A stretch of DNA of 64,000 nt from an uncultured delta proteobacterium (lineage in GTDB: Bacteria > Desulfobacterota > Desulfobacteria > Desulfobacterales > QNYZ01). Positions within the stretch are counted from its first letter, which is position 1, and the number at the start of each line of letters is the position of its first letter. Where the stretch lies: assembly GCA_963845145.1 (NCBI GenBank), contig CAWJQU010000004.1, forward strand, positions 160,001-224,000, written 5' to 3'. Shown one piece after another: positions 58,117 through 64,000 of this stretch. A model generated the notes under the pieces. That model was not told the DNA's origin and searched no databases. It saw nothing but the letters and a program-made list of their open reading frames with translations. The position numbers were made by a program, and so were the translations under genes.

Positions 58117-59340
58117 CTAACTGCCAAAATCATCAAAGGCGATCATTTCAGGTTCCACACCGAGGTTGTCCAGCATGATAAAGACCGCCTGCATCATCAA
58201 AGGGGGGCCGCAAAGATAATACTCGATTTCCGTGGGGTCTTCATGGGTGGAGAGGTAGCGGTCATGGACCACCTGGTGGATAAAACCGGTGAAGCCCTCC
58301 CAGTGGTCTTCCGGCTGGGGTTCAGAAAGGGCCACATGGTAGGAGAAATGAGGAAATTTCACTGTGAGTTCGGAAAATTCCTCATCGTAAAACATCTCCT
58401 GTTTAGACCGGGCGCCGTACCAGAAGGTCATTCTGCGATCTGTTTTTTCGGTCAACAATTGGTGGCGGATATGGGATCGTAGGGGTGCCATCCCGGCCCC
58501 GCCGCCGATAAAGCACATTTCGCGTTGCGTATTGCGTATGAAAAAATCACCGTAGGGACCGCTTAAGGTGACTTTATCCCCCGGTTTTAAGTTAAAGACA
58601 TATGACGAACCGATACCAGGGGGTGCATCGGGTTTACCTCGGGGCGGCGTAGCGATGCGAATGGTAAATCTAAGTAGATTTTTTTCCATCGGTGAGCTGG
58701 CCAGGGAGTAGGCCCGATTGGAGGGCTCCGATGTCCCGGCTTCCAATTGAAGCAGGTTGAATTGTTTCCAGGTGTTGACAAACCGCGTGGCAACCTGGAA
58801 CTCGTCAAAAGCCGCCTGATATTCGGGGATATCGATCTGAATGTAGGCGCCTGATTTGTACTCCAGGGCCTGATCGTCGTCGAGGCGAATCGCCAGTTCT
58901 TTAATGAACGTGGCCACATTATCATTGGAAACAACCGTGGCCGTAAATTTTTTGACATTGAAGACCTCTTCGGGAATACGGATCTTCATATCTTGTTTGA
59001 CTTTTACCTGGCATGCCAGGCGAATGTGATCTCGCCGCTCTTTGCGGTTGACCAGGGAAAGCTCTGTGGGCAGGATATCCCCACCGCCTTTTTCCACAAC
59101 GCATTTGCAGGTACCGCAGGTTCCCTTTCCTCCGCAGGCACATGGGATCAAGACTCTGTTATCCAACAGGGCCGCCAGCAGGGTTTTATTGCCGGGCGTG
59201 GTGATGCCCTTGTCTTCATCGTCGTTGATAATAATTTTTCGGTCGCCCTTAACGGTCACCCGGGATTCCACTAGAAGCAGCAACCCCACCAGCGTGAGGA
59301 TAACCGCTAAAAAAACCGTCGTGCTAAACAGGTATACCAA
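58117..59340 (-). CDS. nqrF: Na+-translocating NADH:quinone reductase subunit F
   Basis: CGGKGTCGTC, RLACQVKV, RAYSLAS, GGGAGMAPLRSH, YYLCGPP, FDDFG. Confidence 0.95.
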   Translation of the reverse strand: MVYLFSTTVFLAVILTLVGLLLLVESRVTVKGDRKIIINDDEDKGITTPGNKTLLAALLDNRVLIPCACGGKGTCGTCKCVVEKGGGDILPTELSLVNRKERRDHIRLACQVKVKQDMKIRIPEEVFNVKKFTATVVSNDNVATFIKELAIRLDDDQALEYKSGAYIQIDIPEYQAAFDEFQVATRFVNTWKQFNLLQLEAGTSEPSNRAYSLASSPMEKNLLRFTIRIATPPRGKPDAPPGIGSSYVFNLKPGDKVTLSGPYGDFFIRNTQREMCFIGGGAGMAPLRSHIRHQLLTEKTDRRMTFWYGARSKQEMFYDEEFSELTVKFPHFSYHVALSEPQPEDHWEGFTGFIHQVVHDRYLSTHEDPTEIEYYLCGPPLMMQAVFIMLDNLGVEPEMIAFDDFGS

Positions 59341-59358
59341 AACGATTCATCTCTTTTG

Positions 59359-59967
59359 TTACATGGTTATTCCGGAGAACAACATAAACGCCATGGCCAT
59401 CAAACCGGTCGTTATGATGCTGATACCAAATCCTTGAAGCCCTTCGGGAACGTCGGCGTAACGCAGTTTTTGTTGAATGGCGGCCATGGAAATGATGGCC
59501 AGGGCCCAGCCGACCCCCGAACCCAATCCGTAGACCACTGATTCACCAAAAGTATACCGTCGTTCCACCATAAAAAGGGACGCACCCAAGATCGCACAAT
59601 TAACCGTAATAAGTGGTAAAAAGACGCCCAAGGCATTGTACAAAGCCTGGGAATAGCGATCGATGACCATCTCCACGATTTGAACGATTCCGGCAATTAC
59701 GGCAATAAACAGGACCAGTTTTAAAAATTGCAGATCCACATCGGGCAGCCCGGCCCAGGCTAGTGCGCCGGGTGCCAAAAGGGTATGATATATCAGCCAG
59801 TTGACCGGTGTGGTGATGGTCATGACGAACACAACCGCCAATCCCAAACCCGTTGCCGTTTTCAGGTTTTTGGATACGGCCAGAAATGAGCACATCCCTA
59901 AAAAATAGGCCAGCAGAATGTTGCCCACAAAAACCGAATTGAGAAAAAGGCTGATCAGATCTTCCAA
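59359..59967 (-). CDS. nqrE: Na+-NQR subunit E
   Basis: [31 protein letters not shown]. Confidence 0.95.
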   Translation of the reverse strand: MEDLISLFLNSVFVGNILLAYFLGMCSFLAVSKNLKTATGLGLAVVFVMTITTPVNWLIYHTLLAPGALAWAGLPDVDLQFLKLVLFIAVIAGIVQIVEMVIDRYSQALYNALGVFLPLITVNCAILGASLFMVERRYTFGESVVYGLGSGVGWALAIISMAAIQQKLRYADVPEGLQGFGISIITTGLMAMAFMLFSGITM

Positions 59968-59970
59968 ACG

Positions 59971-60597
59971 TCAATCCTTTAAAATAGTATGTTCCAGCCA
60001 GACAAACAGTCCGATCATGATAAATGCGCCCGGTGCAAGCACCATGAGCCCCATGTTTTCATAGCCGGCCTGGTAAAACGATTGCGGAATGACCTGAAAC
60101 CCCAAAAGCTTGCCGGATCCGAGCAGCTCCCTGAAAAAAGCCACACCCATCAGGATGGAACCGTATCCAATGCCGTTGGCAATACCGTCGATGAACGATC
60201 GCCCCGGCGGGTTGGTCATGGCAAAGGTTTCGGCGCGACCCATGACAATACAGTTGGTAATGATGAGCCCCACAAACACCGACAGCTGCTTGCTGACATC
60301 GTACATAAATGCTTTCAAAAACTCATCGGCCAGAATGACCAGCGTGGCAATGACCGCCACTTCCACAATAATGCGAATATTGCGGGGAATCTGATTGCGC
60401 ATCAGCGAAATCGACAGGTTAGAAAAGGCAACCACGAAGGTCAGGGCCAGCGACATAACCAGGGCTGTTTTCAACTGCACGGTGACGGCCAGGGCCGAGC
60501 AGATCCCCAGGATTTGTTTTGAGATGGGATTGCTCTCCCATAGGGCCGCTGAAATGGCTTTGTATGATGGCGTGCGGGTCAGTTTCATTGGGCTCAA
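59971..60597 (-). CDS. nqrD: Na+-NQR subunit D
   Basis: [37 protein letters not shown]; start may be ATG 60588. Confidence 0.95.
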   Translation of the reverse strand: MSPMKLTRTPSYKAISAALWESNPISKQILGICSALAVTVQLKTALVMSLALTFVVAFSNLSISLMRNQIPRNIRIIVEVAVIATLVILADEFLKAFMYDVSKQLSVFVGLIITNCIVMGRAETFAMTNPPGRSFIDGIANGIGYGSILMGVAFFRELLGSGKLLGFQVIPQSFYQAGYENMGLMVLAPGAFIMIGLFVWLEHTILKD

Positions 60598-60630
60598 TAC
60601 ATCGTTAGATTCGTGTTAGTCGGTTATGTT

Positions 60631-61347
60631 TCATTGACATAGGGTCACCTTGCCACACTTGTTTTTCCGAAATTTAACGGCCACCGGTTCATAATCACGC
60701 AAAATATCCGCCAAACCGGAGGTGAGGAATTTACCGGTCAAAGTGGCACCGCTGATACCGTCCACATAGTTTTCCTGCTTTTCCTTCGGGACCATTTTTT
60801 TAGCCACACCTTTGGCGACACCGATGGAGACAAAATCGCCATCGGCATTGATCACTTTTTTACCGACGAAATTTTTCTGAAACCAACGTTTTTCGATTTC
60901 ACCCCCCAGACCCGGCGTTTCCGAATGTTTAAATACGGTAAATCCCCGGACGGTTTCCCCATCGGCCTCAAAGGCCAGATAGCCGTGGATCTTTCCCCAC
61001 AGCCCGCTGGTGTCAATGGGAATGACATATGCTTTAATATCGTCGTCCGGTGCATAGAGCCAGATGGGAAGATCCGTGGGGTTTCGCTCTTTTTCCGAAA
61101 CGATTCGGCCGGAATGGTCGACAAACAGGGCCCTTAGGTTCTCTTGGTACAGGTTTTCGATATCCCCGGCGGCATAGGGCTGGGTTGGGACCAGCAATCC
61201 GGCGGCTTGAAGAATGTTTTTTTGACGATCAATGCGAATATTGCGTTGTTGAAAGTGCCTTAAACCGGTCGAGGCCGTCGTCAAAAGCAGGCTGCAGACG
61301 ATACTTAAGATAATGGCAAAAGAAAATGATTTTAATGCCTTAGACAT
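60631..61347 (-). CDS. nqrC: Na+-NQR subunit C
   Basis: GLWG, HSETPGLGGEI, FMN site VDGISGATLT. Confidence 0.93.
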   Translation of the reverse strand: MSKALKSFSFAIILSIVCSLLLTTASTGLRHFQQRNIRIDRQKNILQAAGLLVPTQPYAAGDIENLYQENLRALFVDHSGRIVSEKERNPTDLPIWLYAPDDDIKAYVIPIDTSGLWGKIHGYLAFEADGETVRGFTVFKHSETPGLGGEIEKRWFQKNFVGKKVINADGDFVSIGVAKGVAKKMVPKEKQENYVDGISGATLTGKFLTSGLADILRDYEPVAVKFRKNKCGKVTLCQ

Positions 61348-62527
61348 TTGGTATCCGTTTTTTCAGCCGGAATCGAACAACGAGATGATCCAATAGTGGG
61401 GCGAAAACGTTCATAAACAGAATCGCCAGCATGATCCCCTCGGGGAAGGCGGGATTAAACACCCGGATCAAAACGGTGAGGGCGCCGATGGCGAACCCGT
61501 AAATCCATCGGGCGGCATGTAAATCCGGTGCGGATACGGGATCGGTGGTCATAAAGGCGAAACCGAAGGCCGTACCGCCCATAAGCAGATGATAGACCGG
61601 ATTCAGGGTCATAAACGCAGAAGAGCCTTCAGTTGCCAGCAAATTAAGCAGGAAACCGGTTACCAGTACCCCGAGAATGTCACCGACGATGATGCGATAG
61701 CTGGCAATGCCCATCACCACCAGCAAGATGGCGCCGACCAGGCATAGCAGGGTTGAAGAGGCACCGATACTGTCCGGATAGCGGCCAAAAAACAGCGTTG
61801 ATACGGTATATCCGGCCCCGGCCAGGGCTTCTTCGACGGCTCCGGCGGTTTCGGTGGCCGCAGCAATCACTAATGGGGTTGCGGAGGATACGGCGTCCAC
61901 GGCCGAGTCCTTTAAACCCGTTACCGCCACCCAGATCGCATCGCCCGACATCTGGGCCGGGTAGGCAAAATAGAGAAAAGCGCGACCGGTGAGGGCGGGG
62001 TTTAAAAAATTACGCCCGGTGCCGCCGAAAATTTCCTTACCGAGGACGATACCGAAAGAGATACCCAAAGCCACCTGCCATAGGGGCGTGGTGGCCGGCA
62101 GGGTCAAGGGAAACAGCATGGCTGTCACAAACAGCCCTTCGCTGATAGGATGACGTCGAACTACGGCAAAAAGAATTTCCCAGGCAAATCCAACCCCGTA
62201 GGAGACGAGAACAATGGGTAGAACCGATATCGTTCCGGATAAAATGACGGACCAGAAATCAAGCGGCAGGCCCGCGGCCAGACGGGTTTGAAATCCGGTG
62301 TTATAAATACCGAAAAAAAAGAGTGGTATGAGAATGAAAAGGACGGTGGCCAGATAGCGTTTCAAATCCAGGGCGTCGCGAATATGAGGGCCTTTTAAAG
62401 GCGTTACTTCGTCCGATGCAAAAAAAACGGTCTCCATGGCTTCAAAAAATGGATACCATTTTTCCCATTTGCCGCCCTGGCTGAAACGGGGACGCTGGGC
62501 ATCAAAGAAGCGTTTGATCGTTTTCAT
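61340..62527 (-). CDS. nqrB: Na+-NQR subunit B
   Basis: HIRDALDLKR, KEIFGGTGRNFLNPALTGRAFL, FMN site SSATPL, TDPVS, NPAFPEG. Confidence 0.93.
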   Translation of the reverse strand: MKTIKRFFDAQRPRFSQGGKWEKWYPFFEAMETVFFASDEVTPLKGPHIRDALDLKRYLATVLFILIPLFFFGIYNTGFQTRLAAGLPLDFWSVILSGTISVLPIVLVSYGVGFAWEILFAVVRRHPISEGLFVTAMLFPLTLPATTPLWQVALGISFGIVLGKEIFGGTGRNFLNPALTGRAFLYFAYPAQMSGDAIWVAVTGLKDSAVDAVSSATPLVIAAATETAGAVEEALAGAGYTVSTLFFGRYPDSIGASSTLLCLVGAILLVVMGIASYRIIVGDILGVLVTGFLLNLLATEGSSAFMTLNPVYHLLMGGTAFGFAFMTTDPVSAPDLHAARWIYGFAIGALTVLIRVFNPAFPEGIMLAILFMNVFAPLLDHLVVRFRLKKRIPNV

Positions 62528-63867
62528 TCGGTTTCGCGCTCCTTACGATAGGCCGCCTTGGCCCCCTGAAGGGACGCGGTCAACTCGATTTTCGACGGAC
62601 ACACATAGGTGCACAGGCCACATTCCACGCAATCGAGCAGGCCGTGCGCCAATGCTTCTTCCACCTCACCGGCCAGAATGGCCTTATGTGTCAGCTGGGG
62701 CAGAATGTCCACCGGGCAGACATCGGCGCAGTGCATGCATGCAATACAGGCGCGCTCATCACCATGGCGATTACAGTTTGCCGATAAATTTGACCGGTTC
62801 AAAGGGGACAGATACGCCCGGGAATAGGTTCTCTTTTTCCAACCGGGATTAAACAGGGCGAAAAATTCCTTTTCATTGCCCTCGGGCAAAAGCGTCAGGG
62901 CGGTTTCGTAAAGGCCCAGAAAGCCATACGGCGATACGGCCCGGCCTTTGAAGATACCGCCGGTGACAAAACGGATGTTGTCAGAATCGATGGCGTTTGG
63001 CACCAGGTCGGCAATGGAGATCCCCAAACGTGTTTGGACGTGGTGTCTCTCAACGGCGGCACTTCCGCCAACGGCTACAATGCGCTCGGTGGGAAATCGT
63101 CCGCTAGTGAGTAAGCGTGCCAGCATCAGCACATCCTGGCCGGTAATAAACCAACTATCATTCTCAGCGGGGTTTTTTTTAATGTGATACAACAATACGC
63201 CGGGATCGCCGGCCGGGTATTTTCCGCTATAAACGAGGTTGATCTCACTGGGAAATATTTTTTTTATGGGGTGGGTGGCAGCAACGTAGACCTTTGTGGC
63301 TAAACGTTGCAATACCTGGATACCGAATGCGAATAGCGCTTCGTTGTCGGTCAGGTATAAATTTGGAGCGGTCTGAAAAGGCTCGGAATCATCCAAAGCA
63401 ATAAAAATCGCCGGTGGTACACTGTCCGGATCGGCAATGTCCCGAAACGGCAGTGCATGTATCAACGGCCAGACACCGCCGGCGAGCATCATCTCGACCA
63501 GATCGGATCGGGTTGTCGCGGGTAAGTCCGTTTTGGTGATAGTGGGAAACTGGATAAACGCTTCGTCAGCGTTTAAAGTAATGACGATTTGCTCGATAAC
63601 CCGACGGGGCCCGTAGCGGATATCTTCGATACGACCGCCGCCGGGTGAGAGAAACTGCAACCGGGGATCCTGTTTATCTTCATATAAAAGGGTGCCGATG
63701 TTAACCTCATCTCCCTTTCTCACTCGTAACCGGGGCTTGATAAAGGGAATACCGCTGGGACAAACGGCGACGCGGGCCGGTTTTTCAAGCGGTTTGAGGG
63801 TCGGTTTGGCACAACCGCTAAGTCGCGCTTGATACCCTTTTTTAACGTGAATCGTTGCGATGACCAA
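62524..63867 (-). CDS. nqrA: Na+-NQR subunit A with two 4Fe-4S motifs
   Basis: IHVKKG, KPRLRV..GDEV..G, SPGGG, YPAG, VTGG; C-terminal CIACMHCADVCP and CVECGLCTYVCPSKI; start uncertain (TTG 63867 preferred, ORF open to 63942). Confidence 0.88.
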   Translation of the reverse strand: MVIATIHVKKGYQARLSGCAKPTLKPLEKPARVAVCPSGIPFIKPRLRVRKGDEVNIGTLLYEDKQDPRLQFLSPGGGRIEDIRYGPRRVIEQIVITLNADEAFIQFPTITKTDLPATTRSDLVEMMLAGGVWPLIHALPFRDIADPDSVPPAIFIALDDSEPFQTAPNLYLTDNEALFAFGIQVLQRLATKVYVAATHPIKKIFPSEINLVYSGKYPAGDPGVLLYHIKKNPAENDSWFITGQDVLMLARLLTSGRFPTERIVAVGGSAAVERHHVQTRLGISIADLVPNAIDSDNIRFVTGGIFKGRAVSPYGFLGLYETALTLLPEGNEKEFFALFNPGWKKRTYSRAYLSPLNRSNLSANCNRHGDERACIACMHCADVCPVDILPQLTHKAILAGEVEEALAHGLLDCVECGLCTYVCPSKIELTASLQGAKAAYRKERETE

Positions 63868-64000
63868 TAGCTCCCATATTTTACTGATTGCAATCTTTTG
63901 GGTCTCAGGGGCCAAAATAACACCGCGATTGGCAATTTTCAACCAATGACCTAACGATTGACCCGACGATTGGTCTGGCGATCGTTGGCCGGTTTGATGA

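Noticed and set aside
58117..63867. Calling the operon rnf
   Set aside because: Gene order A-B-C-D-E-F and a typical NqrF (2Fe-2S, FAD and NADH domains) identify it as Nqr; no RnfB
760..63935. Numerous antisense or nested ORFs of 60-190 aa in the ORF track
   Set aside because: Shadows of well-supported genes, with no motifs or RBS support

Overview
The window looks like a deltaproteobacterial (Desulfobacterales-like) chromosome segment; this is inferred from protein families and gene content. From left to right it holds: (1) signalling and housekeeping genes plus a MoxR/DUF58 operon; (2) a GntR-linked catabolic locus with an amine-type TRAP transporter, choline/ethanolamine kinase, transketolase, atypical transaldolase, alanine dehydrogenase and a HisC-like aminotransferase, tied together by a 17-bp operator seen three times. 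I propose this is an undescribed B12-independent ethanolamine (amino-alcohol) pathway running through phosphoethanolamine and glycolaldehyde phosphate into pentose phosphates. (3) a D-amino-acid / ATP-grasp / amidohydrolase operon; (4) cbiZ, a cobalamin riboswitch and a full TonB-dependent Btu-type uptake operon; (5) two glutaredoxins and a ferredoxin:thioredoxin reductase catalytic chain; (6) a decaying integron-like cassette array with attC sites but no integrase in the window, carrying two group II intron remnants at the same attC position and toxin-antitoxin genes; (7) serC, trpB2, serA, a V4R-PAS-LuxR regulator and nqrABCDEF, whose NqrA keeps two complete 4Fe-4S motifs. I found no rRNA, tRNA or CRISPR array. 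All calls come from reading motifs by eye; no searches were run.
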